DNA of 64,000 nt, taken from NCBI GenBank assembly GCA_963665325.3, contig CAXXWS020000002.1:480001-544000 (forward strand). The letters run 5' to 3'. Numbering within the stretch: the stretch's first letter is position 1; each line of letters begins with the position of its first letter. The position numbers and the translations under genes are program-made. The stretch is from Alphaproteobacteria bacterium. GTDB lineage: Bacteria > Pseudomonadota > Alphaproteobacteria > Bin95. Below, piece by piece: positions 44,586-53,971 of this stretch. Under the pieces are notes generated by a model. It made no database searches. It saw only the letters and a program-made list of their open reading frames with translations, and was not told where the DNA came from.

Positions 44586-45620
44586 CTACTCCGCCTCCTG
44601 CCGTCGCGCGCCGAAGGACCCGACAATGCCGAGCTGCTCCATCACCCCCACGCTCTCCGGATGACCCGGCCCGTAGAAGCCGCCGGCGATACGGTTCCCG
44701 CGGACGCCCGCGTCGAACGTCCCGTCCAGACGAACCGGCACATTGTCGAACCTGACCCGGGGCACGCTGTGCGGGCGCCGGTTTGCCAGGTCGTAAATGC
44801 CGGAGAACACCGCATCCAGCGAAGCGTCGCCGGCGTCATATGTGAGCACCGCGTCGCCCTGCAGCGGCAGGTAGCCGTTGGCCGAACTGCCACTCAGCAC
44901 GCCCCGCCAGACCAGATCGAAATCGCGGACCGGAACCGGGCGTGTCCCGGCGAGATCGCCGCCCGCCAGCCCGTAGCGCCACTGCGTCTCCCAGCCGTCA
45001 TCGACCGTCAGCGCATGGCTGAATACGAACCCGCTATGGTCCATCCAGGCGCCGAGGCTTCGCATGTCGGGCGTGTCCGGCGCCGCCTTGCGCACGTCCG
45101 CCTGCGCTTCCAGGAGCGTGATCCCGTGCCGGCGCCCCCAGGCGCTGGAAGCCCGCGTCACCCAGTCCAGGTCCCGCAGCGCGAACCCGTCCGGCACGCC
45201 GCCAGCCGACGCCCCGCCCGCATCGCCTGCTGCCGCCAGCCTGCAGGATGCGCCCTCGCACTCGGCGTCGAACAGGAAGTCCTGCCGTTCGAGCTCCGGT
45301 TCCGGGTCGAACCCGCCCCGGTCGGGCAGCACCGCCACCTCCGGCGGCAGCTCGCGGCGCTGTCCGTGGACGCGCGTCGCCAGCAGAGAGTCGGTCCGGA
45401 ACAGGATTTCGGCCATCCGCGCCGCCACCTCGCCGCCTGTCTCCGAAGGCGCGCCGGTATTGGGCGCCGGGCCGGGAGGAGAAGGAAGACGGGGCTCGTC
45501 GCCGGCGCCGCATGCCGACAAGGCGAGTATGGGTGCGGCCGCCATGACGAATGCCTTCGCCAGCATCCGCCGGCGAGAGACTCGCTTCGTTGTCCTGCGT
45601 CGAATGCCTTGGGCCCTCAT
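44586..45620 (-). CDS. Surface lipoprotein with TbpB-like C-terminal beta-barrel
   Basis: LSAC lipobox; GAWMDHSGF; IAGGFYGPGHPESVGV...IVGSFGA. Confidence 0.78.
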   Translation of the reverse strand: MRAQGIRRRTTKRVSRRRMLAKAFVMAAAPILALSACGAGDEPRLPSPPGPAPNTGAPSETGGEVAARMAEILFRTDSLLATRVHGQRRELPPEVAVLPDRGGFDPEPELERQDFLFDAECEGASCRLAAAGDAGGASAGGVPDGFALRDLDWVTRASSAWGRRHGITLLEAQADVRKAAPDTPDMRSLGAWMDHSGFVFSHALTVDDGWETQWRYGLAGGDLAGTRPVPVRDFDLVWRGVLSGSSANGYLPLQGDAVLTYDAGDASLDAVFSGIYDLANRRPHSVPRVRFDNVPVRLDGTFDAGVRGNRIAGGFYGPGHPESVGVMEQLGIVGSFGARRQEAE

Positions 45621-46255
45621 TCGCAAGCCTCCCCACCGAGAAGCCGCCGCCAGCGCGTCCGCTCCCGCCTGCTCGCCTCACGCCAGTGCCTCCGGCTCCA
45701 CCCGATCGACAGCACCCGCCACGGGCTCACCCCATGCCTGGCGCCCAAAGCACCCAGCCACAGCCAGTCCGTCAGACCCGACAGCAGCCCTGCCGCAATG
45801 CCGCAGCCTCCCAGCACCGCGATCCACAACTCCGCATTCGCCCTGGCCTGCTTGCAGGCCTCCGCGAACGCCTCGATCACCTGCGCCTTGTCCATTTCCG
45901 GATCCGCCAGGCCTTCGATGAGGACGTCCGTCATCGCGAGCTTCAGCCCCGCAAGGATCAGACAACCCACAAACAACGTTGCGCAGACCGCTGCGAACCT
46001 GATCTCCCACGCCGCGACCCAACCCAGGGCCCGGCGCAAACGGCTGCCCGGCCCGCCCCGGTTTCGGCCCGTCCCGTCGGCCCTGAGCGCCGCCCAGGCG
46101 AGAGCCCCGCCGGCGCCCCAGGCCAGCAGCAGCCAATGCGGCCCGACGGCCAGCCACGCAACGACCGACACCATCGCCATCGACATCACGCCCAGCGCGG
46201 AGGCTCGCAACACCGCGCGCCTTTCCCAGGGTTTGAAGCCGATCCGCCCGCTCAT
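45617..46255 (-). CDS. Hypothetical membrane protein (paralog family)
   Basis: Four TMs; SGLTDWLW..RHGVSPW..RERTRW..LLGGE; coupled. Confidence 0.68.
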   Translation of the reverse strand: MSGRIGFKPWERRAVLRASALGVMSMAMVSVVAWLAVGPHWLLLAWGAGGALAWAALRADGTGRNRGGPGSRLRRALGWVAAWEIRFAAVCATLFVGCLILAGLKLAMTDVLIEGLADPEMDKAQVIEAFAEACKQARANAELWIAVLGGCGIAAGLLSGLTDWLWLGALGARHGVSPWRVLSIGWSRRHWREASRRERTRWRRLLGGEACE

Positions 46256-46845
46256 CGCCCCGGCTCCCGGAGCTGCCGCGCCGTCTCCACGGCCATGAAG
46301 CCCGACAGGAGGCAAATCAGGGCGGCCGTCGCGAGGAAAGCCAGCACCGTGACTCCGTATTCCAGTACGGGCCCCGCTCTACCGAACCGGACCAACGTGC
46401 CCATCGCGACCGACAGCGAGGCCAACATCATGCCGTTGCTGCAGGCGCCCCCGGCCATGGCCCCGCCGGCGAGCGCCAGAATGCATCGGCGCCAAAGGCG
46501 CAACCGGCCGCCCGCCTCCCTCAATCTCCAGACCGTAACCCCGCCGCCCGTGCAGAAGCAGCCCAGCGGGCCGGCGATCACAAAGGCCTTCACGACGATG
46601 AGGCCTTCCAGCGACACCGGCTGGCTCCATAGCGGCAGAACCCACAGGAGAAGCCCCAGACAGAACCCTACCCCCACCGCCGCCAGGCCATAGCCGGTCC
46701 CGAACCACCACAGGCGCCGCGCCGGCCCTGGAGGCGGCCCGCAAAGCATCTGCTTCGCGCGGTCCCGCATGCCGGCAGGCCCGCAGTCCGACGCACCGGC
46801 GCCTTCATGCTTCATCGCTTCTGTCGAGCCGGTCATCGCCTTCAC
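46252..46845 (-). CDS. Hypothetical membrane protein
   Basis: Four hydrophobic segments; in operon. Confidence 0.6.
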   Translation of the reverse strand: MKAMTGSTEAMKHEGAGASDCGPAGMRDRAKQMLCGPPPGPARRLWWFGTGYGLAAVGVGFCLGLLLWVLPLWSQPVSLEGLIVVKAFVIAGPLGCFCTGGGVTVWRLREAGGRLRLWRRCILALAGGAMAGGACSNGMMLASLSVAMGTLVRFGRAGPVLEYGVTVLAFLATAALICLLSGFMAVETARQLREPGR

Positions 46846-46849
46846 CCCC

Positions 46850-47458
46850 TCACACGAACCCGAGACCGGCGCGGTCGAGAGCCGTCACCGCGAGGACCAG
46901 GCCCGCGCCCACGGCCATGCCGGGCCCGAGCGGCACATGGCCCCGGAGCCAGGACCGGCCCCGCCGGCGCTGGACAAGCGCATGGCGGGCAAGAGCGCAG
47001 ACCGAGCCGAGGGCAAGCACCCAGAGAAGGCCGAAGGGCCCGAGCAGCCAGCCCAGCGCCGCGAACAGCAGCACGTCGCCCGGCTGGAACGGCCAGCGCC
47101 GGCCGAAGGCCTCCGCAGCGACGAGAGGCACGGCCCCGATCAGGAACCCGATGCCCGCGCCCGCCATCGCCCGCAACAGGCCGTCGGCCGCATCGGGACC
47201 GACCGTCTGCATCTGCCGGAGCACGCCGGCGCCCACGAGCAGAAGCAGCCACCAGGGATCGATCCGGAGCCGCTGCCCGTCGATGCTGCCGATCCGCCAG
47301 AGCGCGCCGCAGGCCCAGGCGAGCACGACCACAGAGAGCGCCTCCGTCCGGGGCGCGCCGGCCAGCATCGCCATGCCGCCGAACAGGAATACGACGCCTG
47401 CGAAAACCGCCGCGGCATCGCGGGAGGTCGCCTGCTTCTTTCCCGACCCTGTCGTCAT
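46850..47458 (-). CDS. Prepilin peptidase (A24, PilU-like)
   Basis: SIDG..LRID and PGDVLLFAALG.LLG aspartate motifs; VPLGPGM end. Confidence 0.75.
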   Translation of the reverse strand: MTTGSGKKQATSRDAAAVFAGVVFLFGGMAMLAGAPRTEALSVVVLAWACGALWRIGSIDGQRLRIDPWWLLLLVGAGVLRQMQTVGPDAADGLLRAMAGAGIGFLIGAVPLVAAEAFGRRWPFQPGDVLLFAALGWLLGPFGLLWVLALGSVCALARHALVQRRRGRSWLRGHVPLGPGMAVGAGLVLAVTALDRAGLGFV

Positions 47459-48075
47459 TCCGCTGCCCCGCTTTCGCCCCGCAGCCAGCGCCGGCATCGC
47501 TCGCGCTCCTTCCGGCGCCAGCCCGACCAGGCCCGTCCTCCCGGCAGCACCTGCCAGGGACGCTTGCCGGTCCCTGCCGACACCCGCCCGACCCAGACGC
47601 CGTCGATCAGCCCGGACAGCGCCGCCGTGCCGACCGCCAGCCCCATCGGGACCAGGAAAAGCGGCGCGTCGAAGCTGAAACCCGCCTTGACGGCCGCCGT
47701 CCAGGCGTTGCCGAATTCGGCAACGCTCACTGCCTCGTCCCCGAAGCGCTCGATCGTCTCCGCGAACGACTTGGCCACGCTCACGGCAAGGCCCCAACCC
47801 GTCCACGCCACGACGACCGTCATGAGCGGCCGCACGTCCAGCCCCGCGACCAGATCGACGAGAAACCCCGGGCCCCGATCCGCCCCGCCCCGGAGCAACC
47901 GCAAGCCGGCATACAGGCCCGCCCCGGCGCCGAGTGCGTATGCGAGGAACAGCCAATGCATCCCGATCGCCGGGCCGCACACCGCAACCGCAATGGCAAG
48001 GAACACCAGGCTCCGTCCAAGCGACCGGTCGAGCCGCCGCCGGCCCCAGGCGCTCGAATGCCGTTCGCCCGTCAC
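47455..48075 (-). CDS. Hypothetical membrane protein (paralog family)
   Basis: Four TMs; SGLIDGVW..GKRPW..KERERCRRWLRGE; GTG coupled. Confidence 0.65.
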   Translation of the reverse strand: MTGERHSSAWGRRRLDRSLGRSLVFLAIAVAVCGPAIGMHWLFLAYALGAGAGLYAGLRLLRGGADRGPGFLVDLVAGLDVRPLMTVVVAWTGWGLAVSVAKSFAETIERFGDEAVSVAEFGNAWTAAVKAGFSFDAPLFLVPMGLAVGTAALSGLIDGVWVGRVSAGTGKRPWQVLPGGRAWSGWRRKERERCRRWLRGESGAAE

Positions 48076-48470
48076 GACCCGTCCTCCCACACGCCGAACG
48101 TCGCCGGCAGGAGGCGGCACCAGCGCTCCAGCTCCTCTTCGCCGCAGATCTCCGGGCGCAGCGTCCTGACGGCCGAGCCGACCTCCGCCCGCTCCCGGTT
48201 CCACGCCCCGAGCTCCTTCTGCACCGCCAGAAGCCGGCGCATCCCGGCAACCTCGCGCGCCAGCGCCTCGCGGACCTTCAGGCCCTCGAGGCGCGTCGCC
48301 GCCCAGCCGTCCGGAGCCGCCGGCGTGTCCTGCTTCGGGGCGCTGTTCTGCGCGGGAGCCGTGTTCTCTGCCGGGACCGCGTCCTGCGCCGGGGCCGCAG
48401 ACGGCAACGCCATCGCGCCCGCCAGCGACAGCAGCGTTGCCAGACCCGAAATGCGCGCCGCCCTCAGCAT
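48072..48470 (-). CDS. Hypothetical secreted protein
   Basis: Signal peptide, 6-aa linker repeats, C-term Cys pair; overlaps both neighbours. Confidence 0.6.
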   Translation of the reverse strand: MLRAARISGLATLLSLAGAMALPSAAPAQDAVPAENTAPAQNSAPKQDTPAAPDGWAATRLEGLKVREALAREVAGMRRLLAVQKELGAWNRERAEVGSAVRTLRPEICGEEELERWCRLLPATFGVWEDGS

Positions 48471-49540
48471 CCCTGGCAGCTCCCGACCGAGAGGGTCCCG
48501 AACGAGCCCGTGCCGGTCACCGATACAGACCCGGTGACGTCGGCGCCCGAGGCCGTGAGGTTGGCCTCGGCCTCGATATTCTCGGCCTCCACGTCGCCGG
48601 CGATATCGGCGCTCGCCGCCTCCAGCGCGCCCCTCGCCTCCACCTCGTCGGCATTGACCACGCCCGTGAACGCCGCATCGCCCCGGAACACCAGCCCGTC
48701 CGGCACCGTGAAACTCCCCATGACCTCGACCGATCCCGCCGTCGTCGCCGTGCCCACCGTCAGCGCCCGGTCGATCCGGAACTCGCCCGCCCGCATGACG
48801 CGGTCCACCTGCAGCTCCTCGGCCGTCAGCACCCGCACGCCCACCAGGTCGTTGTTGTTCATGTCGAGATCGGTCTCCATGCGCGCGGAGTCCGGACAGC
48901 CGGCGCGTACCCGCCGGAACACCGCGTCCCCGCACACGCTCTCCCGGTCGAGCTGCCGGTAGACGGCAAGCGCGCGGGCGCGCGGATGGCCGCCGGCCGC
49001 CGCCCGGAACGCGCCCAGGTCCTCCTGCACGGTCGGCCCGAGCAGCCGGCCCGCCGCGTCCACCACGCCGAGCGCCTGTGCGCCGCGCGCCTCGAAGACC
49101 GCATTCGCCGGAAAGCGCGTGTCGTTCGCATCCGCCAGCTGCATCGACAAGAGCCGGACATTGCCCCCGCCGAGCGAGACCGCCCAGGCCTGGAGCGGGC
49201 GCTTCATCGCGTCGCCCGCCTCGTCGAAGCCCTGCGGCAGCAGCCTGTCGGTCCTCAGCGCGCCGATATCGATCCGCCGCGCCGTCCCGGCCGCGAGCGC
49301 GGCATAGGTCCCGTATTCCGAGCGCACATGGCTCTCGACCGCCTGCGCCAGCACCACCAGCTTCCGCGCCGAGCCGACCGCGTTCGAGGCCGCGATGCGG
49401 CCCTGCAGCCAGATCGCGAAACCGAGCGCGATCACCACCAGCACGATCACCGCCACCAGCGCGCCCACAGGCGTCATGCCCCGCCAGCGCCCGATCCTGA
49501 GGCGCCGCGCGAACCCTGGTCTGCGCATGGGACCCCTCAT
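48464..49540 (-). CDS. pilV: PilV-like type IVb minor pilin/adhesin
   Basis: Basic leader G|MTPVG + TM; LLP.GF; FRRV...ARMETDLDMNNNDL (PilV constant-region-like); ends CQGC. Confidence 0.75.
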   Translation of the reverse strand: MRGPMRRPGFARRLRIGRWRGMTPVGALVAVIVLVVIALGFAIWLQGRIAASNAVGSARKLVVLAQAVESHVRSEYGTYAALAAGTARRIDIGALRTDRLLPQGFDEAGDAMKRPLQAWAVSLGGGNVRLLSMQLADANDTRFPANAVFEARGAQALGVVDAAGRLLGPTVQEDLGAFRAAAGGHPRARALAVYRQLDRESVCGDAVFRRVRAGCPDSARMETDLDMNNNDLVGVRVLTAEELQVDRVMRAGEFRIDRALTVGTATTAGSVEVMGSFTVPDGLVFRGDAAFTGVVNADEVEARGALEAASADIAGDVEAENIEAEANLTASGADVTGSVSVTGTGSFGTLSVGSCQGC

Positions 49541-50781
49541 TGCACCACCGGCTCGCAGCCCGTGCAGCCGCCCGTCGTGACCGCACCGGTGAACGAGCCC
49601 GTATTCGCGCCGAGACCGCCGTCGATCCGCAGCCTCCGCGCCCGGGCATTGCCCGAGGCCTCGAGCCTGCCGCCGGCGTCCAGGCGCCCGGTCACATCCA
49701 GGCTGCCCGCGCCCGCTTTGCCCTCCACCGCCAGCGCCGTGTCCGTGGCAGTGAGCCCGGTGCCGACCGACAGCAGCTGCGGGATGTTGAAGGCCTGCGC
49801 CGGCGCGCCCGCATGGCCGAACCGGAACCCGCCATCCGCCCGGAACGCCGTCGCCGGAATGTCGCCCCCGAACGCCATGCTGCCGGGCTGGCCGGTCCGG
49901 CCCACGGTCACATTGCCGGCGACCTCAGCCGGCGTCCCGCCCGTCCCGGCAAAGCGGCCCTCCCGGTTGGTCCCCGCGTCGACCCCGGCGACGCTGCCGG
50001 CGTCCAGCACCCCGTAGCAGCGCCGGTCGTCCGCCAGCGCCGCATCCCGGCAGTCCTCGCCGGCGACGACCGCAACCGGGCTCTCGATCTCGGCCGCCGG
50101 CAGCAGCGCCTGGCCGACCGCGCCCGCGTTCGGGCCGAACACGAAATCCGTCTCCATGCGCGCAAGCTCGGGACGCCCGCCCACCGGCCGCCGGTAGAGC
50201 CGGTCCTCGTCGTGGCCCACCGCATGGTCCGCCGTTGCGAACAGCGAGCCCGCCGGCAAAGTCCCGAGCACCGCCCGGACCGCCGGCAGCCGGTCATGCA
50301 TCGCCGTCGCCTCGCCGCCGACCGCGCCGACAAGGTCGAGGCCGCCCATCACCGCGCCCGCCCTGAGCGCCGGCGCCCGGAACGAAAGCTCCGGGCCCGA
50401 GAGCGAGCAGGCCGCCATCGGAACGCTGTCGACCGTCACCGCGCCATAGGCAGCCGTCGCCACCGTGCCCCCGGCGCGACCGACCGTGCCGAGGCCGTCC
50501 GGGAGGAGGGACCAGCCCTTCAGCTGCGCCGGCGTCACGACACCCGCCGCCGTCACCCGGCCCGACTGGACCGCCCGGTGGACCGCCGTGCAGGTCATCG
50601 CCCAGATGCGCCCGCGCTCGCGGTCGATCTCCGCGAGCCGCAACTCCTCCTGCTGGCGCTCCCAGGCCGCCAGCACGACCACTACCGTCATGACCAGGAA
50701 CAGCGCGCCCACAGGCAGCGCCGCGCCGCGGCGCGCGCCCCGGCGAAGACGGCAGAACAGCGATGTCCCGAGGCGCGCCAC
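49537..50781 (-). CDS. pilV: Second PilV-like minor pilin
   Basis: Basic leader + TM; LLPDGL; LYRRPVGGRPELARMETD; ends CTGC. Confidence 0.65.
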   Translation of the reverse strand: MARLGTSLFCRLRRGARRGAALPVGALFLVMTVVVVLAAWERQQEELRLAEIDRERGRIWAMTCTAVHRAVQSGRVTAAGVVTPAQLKGWSLLPDGLGTVGRAGGTVATAAYGAVTVDSVPMAACSLSGPELSFRAPALRAGAVMGGLDLVGAVGGEATAMHDRLPAVRAVLGTLPAGSLFATADHAVGHDEDRLYRRPVGGRPELARMETDFVFGPNAGAVGQALLPAAEIESPVAVVAGEDCRDAALADDRRCYGVLDAGSVAGVDAGTNREGRFAGTGGTPAEVAGNVTVGRTGQPGSMAFGGDIPATAFRADGGFRFGHAGAPAQAFNIPQLLSVGTGLTATDTALAVEGKAGAGSLDVTGRLDAGGRLEASGNARARRLRIDGGLGANTGSFTGAVTTGGCTGCEPVVQ

Positions 50782-50784
50782 CGG

Positions 50785-51324
50785 TCACCCGAACACGAAG
50801 GTCAGGGCGTTGGACGCCGTGCCGTTGTCGCACTGGTTGTTGAGCCAGGTGACCGTGCGCGTCACCGGCGCGCCGGCATGCACCGCCGCCGGGGCGCTGC
50901 CGGCCACCTGCATCCGCACGATCCCCGAGCCCGCCCGCGTCCGGCCCACATAGGCCTGGCCCAGGTCCTTGCAGGTCTCGTCGTCCAGATCCGCGAACGT
51001 GATCGCGAACCGCCCGCCATTGCCCAGGATCGTCACCGCGCCGCCGAACGGATGACGGATCGTCGCCGACCCGCCCGTGCCCACCCGCGAGCCGTCCGGG
51101 ATCTTCCCGAACCCGGCCAGGATCGGCACAAGGTCGTCATTCGCGCTGTCGCCGTAGCTGGCCTGGCCCGAATAGATCCTCTCGACATTGGCGCGCAGCT
51201 GGTTCAGCAGCTCGACCGACTCGCCCTCGCTCAGCCGCGCCGTGATCCCGTTGTAGATCCCCACAACCGCGACGATCGCGAAGAGGCCCGCTACCACCGA
51301 CAGCAAGACTCCGATAGGGTTCAT
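50785..51324 (-). CDS. pilS: Type IVb major pilin PilS-like
   Basis: Hydrophobic N-helix; YSGQASY, HPFGGAVTI, C...C D-region, LTFVF end; GAGGAGG RBS. Confidence 0.82.
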   Translation of the reverse strand: MNPIGVLLSVVAGLFAIVAVVGIYNGITARLSEGESVELLNQLRANVERIYSGQASYGDSANDDLVPILAGFGKIPDGSRVGTGGSATIRHPFGGAVTILGNGGRFAITFADLDDETCKDLGQAYVGRTRAGSGIVRMQVAGSAPAAVHAGAPVTRTVTWLNNQCDNGTASNALTFVFG

Positions 51325-51336
51325 GTTCCCCTCCTC

Positions 51337-51869
51337 TCAGTAGCTTCGTTCCACCTGGGTCGAGATGTCGAAACTCACCCACATGATCAGGATCATCTGC
51401 GCCGTCCCGAGCGCCATCAGCACCGTGTTCAGAACCATGGTGCGCATCCGCATCATCGCCTCCGAGCGCTCCACCCAGCGCTCCACGAACCCGGCAAGCG
51501 TCTCTTCCCAGTCCGCGCGCCCGTCCATCGCGCCCGCAACCGCAACCAGCGTCTCGTCCGGGAATCCCTGGCGGGCCGCCGAGAGCGCCGAGCCGAACCC
51601 CAGACCCTCGTTCAGCATCAGCTCCCGAACCCGGCGCATCCGCGAGCGCACATAGGGCGAGGCGCCCCGCTCGAATTGCTCGAACGTGTCCCGGTTCAGG
51701 TCCACGCCCATGCGCAGGAACTCCACGCACACGAACAGGAACCCGCTCCCCGACAGCATCCGGTAGAGCGAAAAGGGCGGGATCCGGTCCGCGAACACGC
51801 GCCCCCGGCCGGTCCAGCGCAGCACCACGAGCCGGAACGCCGCCAGAAACAGCAGGAAGGCGAGCCCGA
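51337..51869 (-). pseudogene. pilR: pilR (T2SS-F platform), 3' fragment after transposon insertion
   Basis: RWTG.GR...DRIPPFSLYR...GS.FL, SPY, GFPD; rejoins 5' fragment in frame (EI|GLAF). Confidence 0.85.
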
Positions 51870-52115
51870 TGAGTGTGCTCTCGGTATCTGATGGCGGGAT
51901 GGTCACGTTGTTCGATGGTTTTCAGGCGTCGGGCCGGGCGTGACGGCGGGGGTGTCGGACGGCCGTCGGCGCGTCAAGCCGCTTCGCGGCTCCTGCGCTG
52001 CGCTCCGGCCCTTCGGGTGACCCGCCGCCGTCCCTCCGACGGAGTGCATCCATGGCCGTAAGCAAGCTTCCGGCCACGGGCCGGCCGCTTTACGCAGTGT
52101 GACAATGGGAGCGGT

Positions 52116-52176
52116 GTTACCCGTTACCGTTACCCTCTCTCCCTAGGGGTTCGAGGCGGTAACGGTTTTCGGTAAC
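52116..52176. repeat. GTTACC x3 facing GGTAAC x2 around CCCTAGGG; ori/iteron-like
   Basis: GTTACC 52116, 52123, 52129; GGTAAC 52158, 52171. Confidence 0.6.
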
Positions 52177-53141
52177 GTGTCCCTGCGGTCGTTGCCGTTG
52201 AGGGCGGCGAGGCGGTATCCGCCTTCGGATGCGCGCTCGACGCGTCCTTCGCGGACGAGCCTGTGCAGCGCCTCGGCGACGGTTGCGGGCCGGGTTGCCG
52301 CGCGCTCGCGGATCCGGCGCTGGGAGAGCGGCGCGTCGGCGTCGGCGAGGGCCTGCAGGATGCGCCGTTCGGGGGTATCCGGCTCCGGCGCCTGGTCTTC
52401 CGGCGTCTCGCGCAACCGCAGGGCGGGGCGCTCGTCGTCGTCGGCGAGTTCGATCTCGAGGTCTTCGAGGCCAGGGGCGTCGCGATGCTCGACGGTCATG
52501 AGGATCTGGCGGTCTCGCCGGCGCAGGTACAGATTCGAATCGCCCCAGGCGTGAAGTTCGCTGCTGCCGCGCAGCGCCTGCCCGGGCCGGGAGCCGCCGC
52601 TCTTTCGTGCGTGATGGACGAGGAGGACGGCGGTTTCGAAGCGGCGCTGTATGTCGCGCAGGAAGCCCAGCATGGGGGCGACCTCGGCGACGGTATTTTC
52701 GTCGACGCCGTGCAGGCGCACGAGGGGGTCGAGGACGACGAGGCGGGGTGAGACGCGCTCCACCGTCTCGACCAGGCGCTGGCGATCGGCGCGATGGTCG
52801 AGACGCAGCGTGGGCACGTCGATGACGGCGATGTCGAGGGTCTCGAACGCGGTGCCTGCCGCCTTTGCGATGCCCTGGAGGCGTGCGCGCACGATATGGC
52901 CGGCGTCCTCGGCGGCGAACAGCAGCACGGGGCCGCTTGCGGCGGGACGGAAGTGGCGCAGGCAGGGGACGCCGGCGGCGACCGCGACGGCGATGTCGAG
53001 TGCGAGGAAGGATTTGCCGCACTTGGGCTCGCCGCCGACGATGCCGACGCCCTGCTCGGACCACAACGCCTCGACCATCCAGCGGCGCGCCTGGGGGCGC
53101 TCTTCGAGCTCCGCCGGCGCCCGTGTCGGGAAGCCCTTCAC
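52143..53141 (-). CDS. AAA_25 RecA/RepA-like helicase-type ATPase with C-terminal wHTH
   Basis: GGEPKCGKS, AAED, VVLDPL, VHHARK, LRGSS; GTG coupled. Confidence 0.85.
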   Translation of the reverse strand: MKGFPTRAPAELEERPQARRWMVEALWSEQGVGIVGGEPKCGKSFLALDIAVAVAAGVPCLRHFRPAASGPVLLFAAEDAGHIVRARLQGIAKAAGTAFETLDIAVIDVPTLRLDHRADRQRLVETVERVSPRLVVLDPLVRLHGVDENTVAEVAPMLGFLRDIQRRFETAVLLVHHARKSGGSRPGQALRGSSELHAWGDSNLYLRRRDRQILMTVEHRDAPGLEDLEIELADDDERPALRLRETPEDQAPEPDTPERRILQALADADAPLSQRRIRERAATRPATVAEALHRLVREGRVERASEGGYRLAALNGNDRRDTLPKTVTASNP

Positions 53142-53971
53142 CGCCGCGCCCTCCTCGGCTTGGCGGGTTCGCCCAGGGTCTCGATGAAGAGCTTCTCGTC
53201 GAGGACCTCGCGCTCCTTCTCGGCGGCGGCGGCGAGCAGGGCGTCGGCCATGACGGTGAGCGCCCGCGGGTTGCCGTCGGCATGGGCGACCAGGGTGTCC
53301 TTGAGGCCCGCGGTCATGAGGCCGGGATTGCCGGCCTGCTCGATCAGATGGTCGAGCAGGGCCGCGAGGTCGCCGGCCTCGGCCTTGGTCATGACCAGGC
53401 GCTGGCGGATGCGCGAGGCGATGGGCTGCAGATCGGGCTGGCGGAGCTTGTCGAGCAGGCGCGTGTCGCCGGCGAGGACGACCGAGAGGATGGCGCGCGA
53501 GTCGAAGTCGGTCGAAGCCAGCAGGCGGATCTCGGAGAACACCGAGGGCAGCAGCTCCTGGGCCTCGTCGACGAGCACGACGGGGCGCATGCGGGTATCG
53601 TCGACATGGGCGAGCCAGCGCTCGCGCAGGCTTTTGAAGCTGGCCCAGCGGTTGTTGTACATCAGGTCGACGCCGAACATCTCGCCGATCTCGCGGTAGA
53701 AGTCGGACAGCCGGGAGGAGGGATGGGTGATGGCGGCGATGCTGAGCCCCTCGCAGCGGCCGAGACGGTCGGCGAGCAGGCGCAACGCCACACTCTTTCC
53801 GGCGCCGGGCTCGCCGGCGATCAAGGCGAAGCCGCCCTGGCGCACCAGGTGGCGCTCGATCCTGAGGCAGAAGCTGTCGACGGCAGGCGTCGCCATGAGA
53901 CTGTCGACCGGCAGGTCGGTGGCGAAGGGGTTCCACTTGAGCCCGTAGAAGGTGAGCAGTTCCCGGTTCAT
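53138..53971 (-). CDS. ExeA-family AAA+ ATPase (transposition helper)
   Basis: FYGLKWNPF, GEPGAGKS, LVDEAQ, GNPR. Confidence 0.9.
   Translation of the reverse strand: MNRELLTFYGLKWNPFATDLPVDSLMATPAVDSFCLRIERHLVRQGGFALIAGEPGAGKSVALRLLADRLGRCEGLSIAAITHPSSRLSDFYREIGEMFGVDLMYNNRWASFKSLRERWLAHVDDTRMRPVVLVDEAQELLPSVFSEIRLLASTDFDSRAILSVVLAGDTRLLDKLRQPDLQPIASRIRQRLVMTKAEAGDLAALLDHLIEQAGNPGLMTAGLKDTLVAHADGNPRALTVMADALLAAAAEKEREVLDEKLFIETLGEPAKPRRARR

Noticed and set aside
48072-50781. Shufflon at pilV
   Set aside because: No rci recombinase, sfx-like repeats or inverted alternative C-termini seen
53138-53971. Type II secretion ExeA as part of the pilus cluster
   Set aside because: Lies inside the TSD-bounded element and is coupled to the transposase
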